From the NCBI RefSeq assembly GCF_009914755.1, contig NC_060927.1: 64,000 bases of DNA. One strand, given 5' to 3'. Positions 13,436 through 30,467 of the stretch are shown piece after piece. Source of the stretch: the human T2T-CHM13v2.0 reference genome, Homo sapiens. A model generated the notes under the pieces. It did no database searches, was not told the DNA's origin, and saw nothing but the letters and a program-made list of their open reading frames with translations. The translations under genes and the position numbers were made by a program. Numbering within the stretch: position 1 is the stretch's first letter; every line of letters begins with the position of its first letter.

Positions 13436-13509
13436 TTTAATAGTATTATAGGCTATCCCTTTGCCTTCTGTCTTCCATCCTCCCAAGTCTGAATGCAAAA
13501 ATAAATTAA

Positions 13510-13987
<478 letters not shown>

Positions 13988-14332
13988 TAAATTCAGGGAC
14001 ATTCTACTAAATAACTAGACTCTGCACTTTAAAAATTACAAGGTCATGAAAGACAAAGAAAGAATCTGAAACTGTTCCAGATTGTAGGATACTAAAGACA
14101 CATGAAAGCTGAATGCAGCATATGAGCTGGGGATTTCTTCTGCTGTAGAGTACACATTGGGACAATTGGTGAAATTTGAATAAGGTCTGTAGATAAGATC
14201 GTAGTATTGTATCAGTATTGATTACCTGATTTTGTTACTTGTAGGCTACAGAAGAGAATGTCCTTGCTTTTAGGAAATATACACCAGAATCTTCAAGAGT
14301 AAATGGGGCATCATAATTTCTGTAAGTTACTC

Positions 14333-14653
<321 letters not shown>

Positions 14654-14879
14654 CCAAATTTTTTTTGAAAAAAGAAATGTATATTTGTGTGTGTGTGTTT
14701 GTGCGTGTATGTGCATATCTGTATGTAAGCATATTTGATATAATAGCATTTAGTACATCTGGTTAAAGGGCATATGAGAATTCTTTGTAGTGTTCTTGCA
14801 ACTTTTGTTAGCCTGAAATTACATCAAAATACAAAGGTAAAAAATAAAACCATAAATAAAAAATACAATCCCAGCTCTC

Positions 14880-15150
14880 AGGATGCCTCCTTCTTTAATA
14901 GTTTTCCCTGATGTCCCCTGCCTTACCCTTTGCCTTAGGTGGGTTAGGAGCCCTGGCCCTGTGTGCCCTCAGTCTGTAGCTTCTCTCTCTGTCACAGCAC
15001 TGTATTACACTGTATTGTGACCACCTGATTATGTCATTAAACTATGAGCTGGGACAAAGAAGGCAGGGGTGCTATCTCATTCAACTTTGTATCACCTGAG
15101 CTTAACTAACACCTGGCACAGAGAAGAAACATATTAAGGATTTGCTGAGA
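14880..15150 (+). mobile_element. L2 3' fragment
   Basis: CACAGCACTGTATTACACTGTATTGT...ACTATGAGCT...CCTGGCACAGAG. Confidence 0.65.
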
Positions 15151-17417
15151 GAATAAGATAGTATAACTTGGTCTTATATCTAAGGTTTGATTTTCTAGGA
15201 ACCTATAGTGAATTTTAGGCTTGCTTTTCAGTTTTTGTAGCAGGGATGTAGCACAGGTTTGGGACTCAGCACACCTAGTCTGAAAGCTGATTTCTGTCAC
15301 AGCATGCATGAGGGACAGTCTCTTCAGTTTATTTATACCTTAGTGCTGTGATTCTCGAGCTTATAGACACTGTGAGGACAGAATTTTAGCTCTTTAAACA
15401 AAGGGGGGCAAATATACAGTGACCTCTATCTATGTAGGTATTTAACTGAAAGGAATTCCAGGGCCAAGTGTGTCTACTATTAAAAGAAACGTACTTTTCT
15501 TACAATGTAGTCCCTGAATGCAAATCATGGTTTTATCTGGTGGGCAACTGAAGAAACAGCAATCTGAACTGATATGGGAGGCAGACCTCACTGTAACAGG
15601 ATTAGTGAGAAACAGTGTTTGTGGCTCTTAATTGCTCATTTTTTTTTTTTAATGGGGGATGTTAGGGATTTTCTAAGGGCAGGTTTATCCATATGCAGAG
15701 TTGATGTTAGGATGTAATACCACAAAGATGTAATTAACTCCTCTATTTGTGGTCTCCATGTTAATTCACTCTCATAAGAGGGTATGCAGTGTGGTCACTA
15801 TTCTACCACCATTTTTAAGAAAAAATTTAAAACTATTTTTTATCTTCCAAATTAAATATTTTGCTATTTGATAAGTTAACAATGCAACAGAAAATCAATA
15901 TAACTTTTATCTTTACCAGAAGCCATAAAAGTCTATCTAGGAAAATTTCAGATGTGTGAACATGGCTTTAGAGAAGGAACTCAACTACAGACTATAAGAA
16001 ATGTAAAACCAAGCCAGGTTCCTGTTGTGGTCCTTTATTATGACCTGGTGACCTAAGCTAGAGAATCACAGCACTAAGGTATAAGTAAACCAAATAGCAT
16101 GCATTGGCTTTAGTTCAGAAGGGGATTTTTGTGCAGAAAATAAATTGAAAGTAGGGCCTCTGGCCAGCATAAACAGATAAGAAAAAAGTATGATTCCCTA
16201 CGTCTCAAAAATGACTCCTTCACACATCCCACCAATCAAAGATCCATTTGGAATAACAGGTCTTCTAAAAGCTGCCATAGAAGTTAAGCCTCCTACCACC
16301 TATACTTCTGTGTGAATTGATTTAGTCTGCAGGCATTTTGATTGCTTTTCTCCTAACACCTAACTTAGAAGGTGAAATAGAGGTCTTGTTTGGAGGGAAT
16401 TGAAGAAGGAAAAGGAAAGGGCAATTTCAGATCAAGGGATATGTTGGAATGGTGGAAAAGTAGGATCATTAGGACAGCTGGGAACAGTCTTTTAGTTCTT
16501 GGAAGCCAGGAAAAAGATGTAGAGAGAAGGGCAGAAGTGGTCAAGGCTCCATGAAAAGGAGGATGTAGCAGTCAAATTGGATGTCGACCATGCAACAATG
16601 ACGTCAGGAACCCTGCTTGGTATACCATCTGTACCTGTCTGTACAGGTCAGTTCTGTAACTGTCTGCCTCGAAGAATTGCCTGGCTTGTTTCTCTCAAAG
16701 AATGGACTCTAGCTTATCTATAATAGAATATACCTATGTTGGTGGTCAATAAACACTAATTTAATTAAACCTGTAATGCTTTTGAGACTTTTGCCATATC
16801 TTCTGTTATTTGGGACCTCACCACCTGGAACTTGATTTTGCAACAAAATTCAAAAAATACTTGGCCAAAACTAACTTCCCCTGAACTTGACAAATAAAAT
16901 GAACAATTCAAGAACAGCCAACTGAGTAATTCTGGTATATAAACTGTCACTATTAAATGGCTTATTTATCGAAATAGCATTCAATCTTACATGGGCATTC
17001 AAGAATTTTAGGAGAGACAATGGATATTTCTCCAAACCCTAAAAATCCCATAAAGCAGGGGCAGCAGGACAGAAAGCTTTTATTCTTGTCAAAATCAATC
17101 TTGACTTTGGTACATCACAATGGCTGCATGACAATGTCACATTCTTGTCCACTTAGGTAAATGTGTTTGGCTCACTTGGCCATCATTCTGGAATTAAGAG
17201 CCTTTGCAGTATAAAACCAAGATTTGAATAACAGTAAAGGTCAGAGCTCAAAATTAGAAAGAAAAAAGACAAGAAATGGCTGATAGGAGGTTGGCACAGA
17301 CATGAAACCTGATCATGCTGAAAGCACTTGGGGAGGGAGAGAAAAGGGAAACTTTGAATGAGTAATAGAGAATAGCATGGTGTATATACCATATTTGTAG
17401 ATTTCTTAGTTATCTGT

Positions 17418-17791
17418 TGTATGGTTCCTTCTGACACCACTATAAATAACTTCCTGAGACTGGGTAATTTATAAAGAAAAGAGGTTTAATTGACTCACCA
17501 TTCTTCATGGTTGGGGAGGCCTCAGGAAACTTACAATCATGGCAGAAAGGGAAGCAGGCATGTCTTACATGGCACGTGGAGAGAGAGAGTGAGTGTGAAG
17601 GAGGAACTGTCAAACACTTATAAAACCATCAGATCTTGTGAGAACTCACTATCATGAGAACAGCATGGAGGAAACTGCCCCCATGATCCAATCACCTCCC
17701 ACCAGCTCCCTCCCTTGACACGTGGGGATTATGGGGATTACAATTTGAGATGAGATTTCGGTGGGAACACAGAGCCAACCAAACCATATAA
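17418..17791 (-). mobile_element. THE1 (THE1C/D-like) MaLR solo LTR
   Basis: GAGACTGGGTAATTTATAAAGAAAAGAGGTTTAATTGACTCAC...AAACCATATAA. 5-bp TSD TCTGT at 17413-17417 and 17792-17796. Confidence 0.93.
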
Positions 17792-18246
17792 TCTGTCCTC
17801 TGCTCCTAGATTTTTCCCTTAAAAATGCTCAGGATAACTTATTAGAAGAAATGCCCTTTTAGGGAAAAATAAAAGTTTAAATCAGGCTGGTACATTCATT
17901 TATGGATCAGTCCAATTCACCTTATTCAGGTCTGCATCTTCTCTCCTTTGAATAGCTATGATCATCCTGTAACTGCTGATGCTGCCTCATTGCTCTGCTC
18001 CATTGCCTCACCCCAAGCTTTCAAAGTCATCTCCTACTCTACTCCAGGGTAATTTTTCTAAAATGCAAATACTGTTGTTTGGCAGCTCTACTTAAAAGCT
18101 TTTAGTGACTTTCTATTTTCTGTGGAGTAAGTCTCAAAGTACACAGCATTAGAACCTTTATATTCTACCCCTCCTACCTTATGTCTTACGATTTCCCATT
18201 GTTAATTTTAGCTTCACACAGTTTTACTAATTTATATCTCCAAATC

Positions 18247-18550
18247 TTTTTTTTTTTTTTTTTTGAAACAGAGTTTCACTCTTGTTGCCCAGGCTGGAGT
18301 ACAATGGCATGATCTCGGCTCACTGAAACCTCTGCCTCCTGGGTTCATTCAAGCGATTCTCCTGCCTCAGCCTCCTGAGTAGCTGGGATTACAGGCATGC
18401 ACCACCACGCCCGGCTAATTTTGTATTTTTAGTGGAGATGGGGTTTCTCTATGTTGGTGAGGCTAGTCTCGAACTCCTGACCTCAGGTGATCCACCTGCC
18501 TTGGCCTCCCAAAGTGCTGGGATTACAGGCATGGGCTACTGCGCCTGGCC
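18247..18550 (-). mobile_element. AluS (AluSp-like) SINE
   Basis: Dimeric antisense Alu. Degenerate TSD TATATCTCCAAATCT / TGTATCTCCAATTCT. Confidence 0.96.
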
Positions 18551-18856
18551 TGTATCTCCAATTCTTTACATATGCCTGACGAACTGCTATTCCATCTTGT
18601 AGGGCTAAAATCAAATTTTTTTTCATTTTTGGGAAGCCTCCTCTATATACCTCCACCTTCTAACTCCAAGAAGTCAAAGTGAGTATATCATTGATGTTGC
18701 CACTTAATCTAGTATATATGTGTGTATTTGTGTGTGTGTGTATATATATATATGCACACACACACAGAGAAATATATTTCTATATATATTTCTAATATAT
18801 AGTAGTTAGAAATACATATTTAATAAATATACAGTAGTTAGACATATATATATGTT

Positions 18857-19039
18857 AGTCATAATCTAACAGGAGATAAGTATATAAGCAGCTGCAATTA
18901 GGTTATTTTTCAAAATGTAGTTAGAAATATATATATGTCTACTATATATTATACATATTAAATATATATTTCTAACTACATTTTGAAAAATAACCTAATT
19001 GCAGCTGCTTATATACTTATCTCCTGTTAGATTATGACT
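18857..19039. repeat. Perfect 78-bp inverted repeat with a 27-nt spacer
   Basis: 18857-18934 is the exact reverse complement of 18962-19039 (checked base by base). Confidence 0.97.
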
Positions 19040-19889
19040 TTCTTCAAAGTTGACACCTAATTTATTTTCATAGATCCAGGACATGGCATATAATAGGTGC
19101 TTGTTAATTGCTTTTTGGATGAATGAATGAATGAATGAACGAATGAAGGTTTCATGCCTAAATCTCTGGATTTAGTTAGTAGCTCAATGAGTAAAACTAA
19201 GGACTGTTTACTAGATATCAGCCTCTGCTTAGTTCTGAGCTATGGTAGTTGGAAAGTGAAGGAAATATTGGTTGGAAAGGAGAGTTTGGGTCAATGCAGA
19301 CCTGAATCCATTTTTGAGAGAGATTAAATTTAGAAAACAAGCTGAATGGCAGAATGGTAGTTATTACTGAATAGGGGAGATATTCATGTTAGTATCAAAA
19401 AACATTGTTCAGTTAAGTAATATGAACGGGAAATTACTCTATTAGAGGAGGTCATGCTCTTGTTTTTGGGTAAGAATTAAATGTATTGAAATAGCAGGAT
19501 TAGAGGAATATGAATTGGTCAGCAAGAAAACAAATGTTATGGTCAACAAGGTGCTTGAAGCTGCAGATATGGTGAAGAGCAAGGGACTCTGTGGCTGTGA
19601 CATTCTGTTAACTATACTGAGAGGGAAAGGGAGACAGGGTGGGATCTGGGAAGAGTTTGTGCAGGCAACCAAGACTGCGATCACATTTTTTACTACACCA
19701 GGACTCCCCGTTCCCTAGTGTGGGGAAACCTTCCCACTCCATGCAGCAATGCCTGAGTGATGATGAGCAATAAAGGTTCATGAATTTTCTATTTATTGGT
19801 GCTATAGCAGCTGCTACAGTTAGAGGCTCACAGCTTGATACCTCAGCTGTACACAAGTTTCTGACCTAGTGTGTTGCTCTTTTGAAAAA

Positions 19890-20107
19890 ATATTTTATAA
19901 TGAAAATTCTCAGATATACAAAATAGATTTTGCTCATGTACCCATGACCTAGCTTTAACAAATATAAACATTTTGTGATCTTTTTTTCTGGCATTTTTAA
20001 AAGCAAATTTTAGACTCATTTTATGCTGTACATCAATATATCAGTATGGATCTCTAACTGATAAGGATATTAAAAATAATATAACCACCAAGATATTACC
20101 ACATCTA
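19890..20107 (-). mobile_element. L1MC/ME 3' fragment
   Basis: CATGTACCCATGACCTAGCTTTAACA...TTTAAAAGCAAAT...ATAACCAC motif string. Confidence 0.55.
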
Positions 20108-20427
20108 GGGTTGCTCTTAATATGCTCAAGGACCCTGCTTCTTCCACCTGTCTTCCCTCTATCAGGCCGTATGTACTATTATTGGTTATGCCTATGTCAT
20201 TGCCTTTCTGAGAGAAGAGTCTGCCACTACACCCATTTTTCTTGTGTTTGTAGACTCATCTTCCATTTGCAAAATATAATATATGAGGAATGAAGTTTTC
20301 TGGCTATTACCTTTGTCTAGCCTATACCTGATATCTGAATCAGCAGAAAGATGTATTCAATTTGTAACCTAATCAGGCTATTTCAAGCCATACCCCTCCC
20401 TGCCATGTAAAAAGGGTACTCCTGACC

Positions 20428-20721
20428 TTTTTCTTTGAGCCAGGATCTTGCTCTGTCACACAGGCTGCAGTGCAGTGGTACGATCATAGCTCGCAGCAGC
20501 TTCAAACTCTTGGGCTCAAGGGACCCTCCCTTCTCAGCCTCCTCAGTAGTTAGGACTACAGGCACATGTTACCGCGCTTGGCTAACTTTTTTTTTTCTTT
20601 TTATAAAGATGAAGTCTCACCATATTGATCAGACTGGTCTTGAAGTCCTGGCTTCAAATGATCTTCCCTCCTCAGCCTCCCAAACTGCTGGGATTATAGA
20701 TGTGAGCCACTGCACCTGGCC
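20428..20721 (-). mobile_element. AluJ SINE
   Basis: AluJ diagnostics (CGATCATAGCTC, GGGCTCAAG) and high divergence. Confidence 0.92.
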
Positions 20722-21327
20722 AAAAGGGTTCATTAAAAAAAAAAAAATCTTAACTTTTTTTAGAGTTTTCAGAGACTTTCAAGCAGAGTAAATATGCCAA
20801 GTGTTTATAGTTGTGGAATTGCCTGTTCTGCCTGTCAGTTTTGGGGAGAATAAAGGAAGTTCATTCTCCTAGTGGCTTTCTGATGCAACCCAAGATGCTG
20901 GTGACCATTTTGATTGTTCTCTTTGCCCCTCTTTGCTACCAGAGAAGGTCAAATCCACTTATATGGGGTAGGATAAATCAACAGAGTGGATACAAAGAAT
21001 TCTGGCCATCATGTGGCCAGGATGGCCAGATCTACTTGGCAAGCTAAAGCATGTATGTAAAGATTTAACTGTCCATAAGGCATTGAAGTTAAGTGTCCAA
21101 AGTTAAGGGTGTTCATGCTGTAGGCATTAAGAAGAGTGGAAGGCACTTCTAACTGGAAATAGTCCTAGGTTCTTGAAAGGAAGTGAAATTTCACCAGAAC
21201 TTTGACTGCTGGTCACAACTCATAGATAATAAGGGGTTTGGGAGTGCGATGGGAAGAAAAACAGAGCAAGCAAAGCATAGAGAGGTGAAAGCACAAGGCA
21301 GGTGTAGGGAAGCACGGATAACATAGT

Positions 21328-21789
21328 GTAGCAGTCATTTGCGATGACTTGCATGGCATATCACCCTCTTCCCACCTAATTTAAGGTCAGGTGACTTAGA
21401 CAATTCCATGCACATTGACAGTGTCCCAACTCAAGTGTTGACTATGATATTGCTCTGATTTTTGGCCTCAGGGCTTCCTCTGATGCCTACAAAGGCTGCT
21501 TAGCACCACAAAGACTGTCCATAAGAATGGCAGAGTCCATGTTTGTGGTGACAGCCTTCAACTAACGGAGGTGGAAGACAGTGGAAAATGTCCCAGAGTT
21601 GTCACAGGGACAATTCTGACATGCATTTTACATGGCTTCTCAGAGAGACCCACTGGGACTGAGTCTCATTGCCCACAGTTGTTACTAGCTCCACCATGCA
21701 TCCTTGCATTGGCTGACCCTCTTCCCCTGTTCCACTTCTGTGACCCACGCTTCTGCTTGCTGAGAATTGTGAGAACCCAAACTAAGACA
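21328..21789. mobile_element. LTR16-like ERVL solo LTR
   Basis: TG...CA termini, internal GGGACAATTCTGA, terminal GAACCCAAACTAAGACA. Confidence 0.7.
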
Positions 21790-22029
21790 TCGATTTTGGT
21801 AGAAATGAGAAAATATGCCAGGGAAACAGTGAAAAACAAATCCAGAATGACAGGTTTATAAAAAGACTTTCTTACTAATTAAAAAAAAAAGTCTATTTCC
21901 CTATTTGCTTTCTGCTTGCTTTTTTCTTGCTGTTATTTAGAAAAGTGAAAACGAAAACAATACTTTTAGATTACAATTCACATGGAACTAGGCTTGTCCT
22001 ATAGTTTACAGTCCTTATGGATTCTGAGT

Positions 22030-23530
22030 TTAAGGATTCTGTCCCATTATCTTTCCTTATTGCAGTAAATGACAATCTATTCTTCCTGTTATTCAGGACA
22101 AAAATATTGGGGGGTAATCTCTGATTATTTTCTTATTCTTGCAACCCACTTCTGATCTGTCAGAAAATCCTGTTGGATCCACCTTCACAATACATGCAGA
22201 AGCTGGATGGCCATTTCTCAGTATCTTCACTACTACAGCTCCGGTTAGGCCACAGTTGTCTTTCACTGGGACTGTTGCAAGAGCAATCTGTTTAGTTTCA
22301 CTGCTCCTGCCCTTAGGTCCCTACCGTCTATTCCCAACAAAACGGGCAAAGTGATTCTCTTAAAATATAAGTCACACCACACCTTTCCAATACCCTGCAC
22401 CCTCCTTTGATTCAGCTTTGAGTAAAAGCCAACGTTCTTACAATGACTGAGTAAATGCTGAAGTTTTGGCTTGGTCTTTCATCTCTTTCCTTCCTTGACC
22501 CTTTTTATTACTGCTTATCCCCTTGATTATTCCACTGCAGCCCGTGGGTCTCATGACTTAACTCCAACAGGCCAGCGTCCTCCCCACCCAGGCCAGCATT
22601 CTCCCAACTCGGGTCAGTGTTCTCCCAACTCTTTGCACTTATGTAATCTCACACTGGAGGGCTCCTCTCATCTCCCATAACCACATAGCTCACTCCCTCA
22701 CCTCCTGGGCTGTTTGCTTACCTGTCATATTTTTAAGACAGTCCTTCCTTGGCTTACCTATCTGAAATTGAAGCACCTACGTGAACATATCCTTTCCTTT
22801 TCCCCTGCTTTATTCTTCCCTTTAGTATGTTTTACTATCTAATAAGCATGTATTTTATTCATGTACATTTTTTTCTTCCTTCCAGGAGGCAATCTCCATG
22901 AGGGCAGGTGTGTTTTCTTTTGGTGGGATCGGGAGAGGGGAGGTGTCTCTATTGTTCATTGTTCTCTTTCCTGTCCAGAATAGCATGTATACACCATGAC
23001 GGCTAATTTTAGGTGTCAATTTGATTGGGGTAAGGGACGTCCAGATAGCTGGTAAAACACAATTTCTGTCTGTGTTTGTGACAGTGTATCTGGAAGAGAT
23101 CAGCATTTGAATTGGGAGTCTGTGTAAAGAAAATCACCCTTACCAATGTGGATGGGTATTATCCAGTCTGTTGAGGCCATGAATAGAACAAAAGGGCAGA
23201 GGAAGGGCAAATTTGCTTCTGTTTAGTTGGGACACTCATCCTTTCTTGCCCTTGGACATTGGTGCACCTGGTTCTTGGGCCTTTTGACTCAGACTGAATC
23301 ACACCACTGGCTTTCCTTGTTTTCCAGCTTGCAGACAACAGATCATGGAACTTCTTGGCCTCCATAATCTCATGAGCCAATTTCTGTAAGTCTCTCTGTC
23401 TCTCTGGAGAACCTTGGCTAATATACACACACACCATGATTGATAGTGGATGCCCAATAAATGCATTCCAAAATATATGGATGCCCAATAAATATGTGTA
23501 AGTATGAATACTCAATAAATAAACAAAAAT
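22030..23530 (+). mobile_element. L2a fragment, split by an MLT2 LTR
   Basis: CAGAAAATCCTGTTGG, CTCCATGAGGGCAGG and terminal CTCAATAAAT motifs. Confidence 0.75.
22996..23428 (+). mobile_element. MLT2 (ERVL) solo LTR
   Basis: TAATTTTAGGTGTCAATTTGA...GATAGCTGGTAAAACA...CTCTGGAGAACCTTGGCTAATATACA. Confidence 0.88.
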
Positions 23531-24129
23531 GAAAGAACAGATATGTGACCTTACTTAGCTTCTCTGGGACTCTATTTAATCTCTCTGAAGCTCTGTATTT
23601 TTCAGCTGAAGATGGGGATCCAATACCTAACTCACAGGAGCAAATCAAATAATGTATTTAAAGACCTTAGGAGGGAAAAAAACCTCTCTCCTAAGGTCTT
23701 TGGATAAATGGCTGAACTACTACTTGTCAGAAGTTATGTTCTGATTTTTAGTTCAGAAACCGAAGTCCTGAGATTTCTATCTTAAACCATGGAAGGATAC
23801 TTTTAGAAGCTTTATAATTGAAGTCTAAGATCATAAAAATAACTTATTTTCAATTTATTTTTCTAAGAAAAGCATGTGGGGCTCCCTTGGCATCTTTGAC
23901 TTGTAGAAAGTGTAATATGGAGTTTCCAGACTAGAACACAAGCTCCATACAAAGAGGTACCTAATTATCTTGTAAGTTCCTAGTGACTGCACCTGTTGTA
24001 TAATAGGTTCTCAATAAATATATGTTGAATGAATAAACAAAGAAAATGTAAAGTTTTTCCTCCATTTAAGGTGTCCCAATAGTGAAGCTGAGACCTAGCA
24101 AGATCTATGAACTGTTTCTTTCCTCTAAT

Positions 24130-25544
24130 TTCAATTTTTAAACATTTTTGTGGGTATATAGTAGGTGGATGTATTTATGGAGTACATGAGATATTTTGAT
24201 ACAGGCATTCAATGTGAAATAAGTACATCATGGAGAATAGGGTATTCACCCCATCAAGCATTTATCCTTTGAGTTACAAAAAGTCCAATTACACTCTTTA
24301 AGTAATTTTGAAATGTACAGTTAAGTTATTATTGACTATAGTCACCTTATTGTGCTATCAAATAGTAGGTCTTATTCATCCTTTCTATTTTGTTTGTACC
24401 CACTAACTATCTCCACCACCCCACCAGCCCCCAACTACCCTTCCCAGCCTCTGGTAACTATCCTCTACTCTCTTTGTCCATGAGTTCAATTGTTTTGGTT
24501 TTTAGACCCCACAAATAAGTGAGAACATGTGGTGTTTGTCTTTCTGTGTCTGGCTTATTTTAGCTAACATAATGATCTCCAGTTCCATCCACGTTATTGC
24601 AAATGAAAGGATATCATTCTTTTTTTGGCTGAGTAGTACTCCACTGTGTATATGTACCACGTTTTCTTTATATATTCATATCTTGATTAACACAGGTTGT
24701 TTCCAATTCTTAGCTGTTGTAAACAGTGCTGCAACAAATATAGGAGTGCAGATATCGCTTCAATATACTGATTTCCCTTCTTTGGGGTATATATGCAGTA
24801 GTGGGATTGCTGGATCACATGGTAGCTCAATTTTTAGTTTTTTTGAGGAACCTCCAAACTGTTCCCCATAATGTTTTTACTAATTTATCTTCCCACCAAC
24901 AGTGTATGAGGGTTCCCTTTCCTTCACCTCCTTTCCAGCATTTGTCGTTGCCTGTCTTTTGGATATAAGGCATTTTTACTAGGGTGTGATGATATCTTAT
25001 TGTGGTTTTGATTTGCATTTCGAATGCAAATCAAATGGTGATTTGATATTGAGCACCTTTTCATATGTCTGTTTGCCATTTGTATGTCTTCTTTTGAGAA
25101 ATGTCTATTGAAATCTTTTGCCTATTCTTTGATCAAATTATTACATTTTTTTCTATAGAGTTGTTTGAGCTCCTTACATATTCTGGTTATTACCCTCTTG
25201 TCAGATGGGTAGTTTGCAAACACATTCTCCCATTATATGGGTTGTCTCTTCACTTTGTTGATTGTATCCTTTTCTGGGAAGAAGCTATTTAACTTGCTGT
25301 GATCCCGTTTGTACATTTTTGCTTTGGTTGCTTGTGCTTGTGGGGTATTGCTCAATAAATTTTTGCTCAGACCAATGGCCTAGAGACTTTCCCCAATATT
25401 ATCTTGTAGTAGTTTAATAGTTTGAGGTTTTAGATTTAGGTCCTTCATCCATTTTTATTTTATTTTTGCATATGGCAAGAGATAGGGGTCTAGTTTCATT
25501 CTTCTGCACATGGATATCAGTTTTCCCAGCACCGTTTACTGATA
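24130..25544 (-). mobile_element. 5'-truncated L1MA (L1MA1/2-like)
   Basis: 3' UTR GTACATGAGATATTTTGATACAGGCAT; ORF2 C-terminal remnant [10 protein letters not shown] (24827-25018). Probable TSD ATGAACTGTTTCTTTCCTC / ATGGACTGTTTCTTTCCCTC. Confidence 0.9.
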
Positions 25545-26582
25545 ATGGACTGTTTCTTTCCCTCCAGCAAGAAGCCACAGATGTTGACTTCCTCCAGCGT
25601 TGCTGACTCACCCCTTCCCTGATCTTTCATTTGGGTTGTGTTCCTCCCTAGCAACTTTTCTGATGTGTTAATGTCATTCATTCTTAGCACATGACTGACC
25701 CAGCATCTGTTCTTTTCCTAATAGATGAAGTGCTGGGAGAGAAGGGTAGGTATTTACTATTTCCACTATATAACAGGCTTATCTTTAGGGAGTGATTGTG
25801 TAGATATCAAGAGGGAGAAAGAGAATGAATTTAGTGGAGGTTTTTGAGTTGTTTGTATAAAAGATTGAGCCCATTGAGCAGTGATTGCAAATGAGAGAAA
25901 TGGTTATGTATACAGTTCTCCTGAAGAATAGAGAGCACCATCTACTATAAAATTTTAAAAAATCAAGTATCCCTCCCCAGGTGATGTTTCTAATTTTTAG
26001 AGAATAGTTGTTCTTACTCATGAGTAACATGTAGTATACAAATGCAGAAGTCTGTTAGTTTCGATGGTTGAATCTGGATTAGTTTCTTTTGCATTCCTAA
26101 GATTATAGTCTTAGTAAAACCAGCACAAAAATGTCTATACTGATGAGCATCTGACACTTCAGATCATTTGGATTTTTTCTGGGGCTGTGTGATGGTTGGA
26201 GGGTAAGGGGGTGGAAGTGGCTTTTAAAGAGGACCTATTAACTATAGATTTTGGAAAAACATATAATGATTTTGTTGTTTCATTTAATGTATACAAATTT
26301 ACAAATAAAATATGGTTTCAAGTAAGCAGAAAAAAAACCATGACTTTCAAAATTAGCACTACACCTTTTTTTTTATTATTATACTTTAAGTTTTAGGGTA
26401 CATGTGTACAATGTGCAGGTTAGTTACATATGTATACATGTGACATGCTGGTGCGCTGCACCCACTAACTCGTCATCTAGCATTAGGTATATCTCCCAAT
26501 GCTATCCCTACCCCCTCCCCCAACCCCACAACAGTTCCCAGAGTGTGATGTTCCCCTTCCTGTGTCCATGTGTTCTCATTGT

Positions 26583-30404
<3,822 letters not shown>

Positions 30405-30467
30405 TATGATGTTAGCTGGTTATTTTGCTCGTTAGTTGATGCAGTTTCTTCCTAGTCTCGATGGTCT

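Larger units (their letters stand above)
17960..19147 (+). mobile_element. Degraded L2, interrupted by an Alu, a microsatellite and an inverted duplication
   Basis: CCAGGGTAATTTTTCTAAAATGCAAAT at the start; ends in the L2 terminal (TGAA)n at ~19120-19147. Confidence 0.6.
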
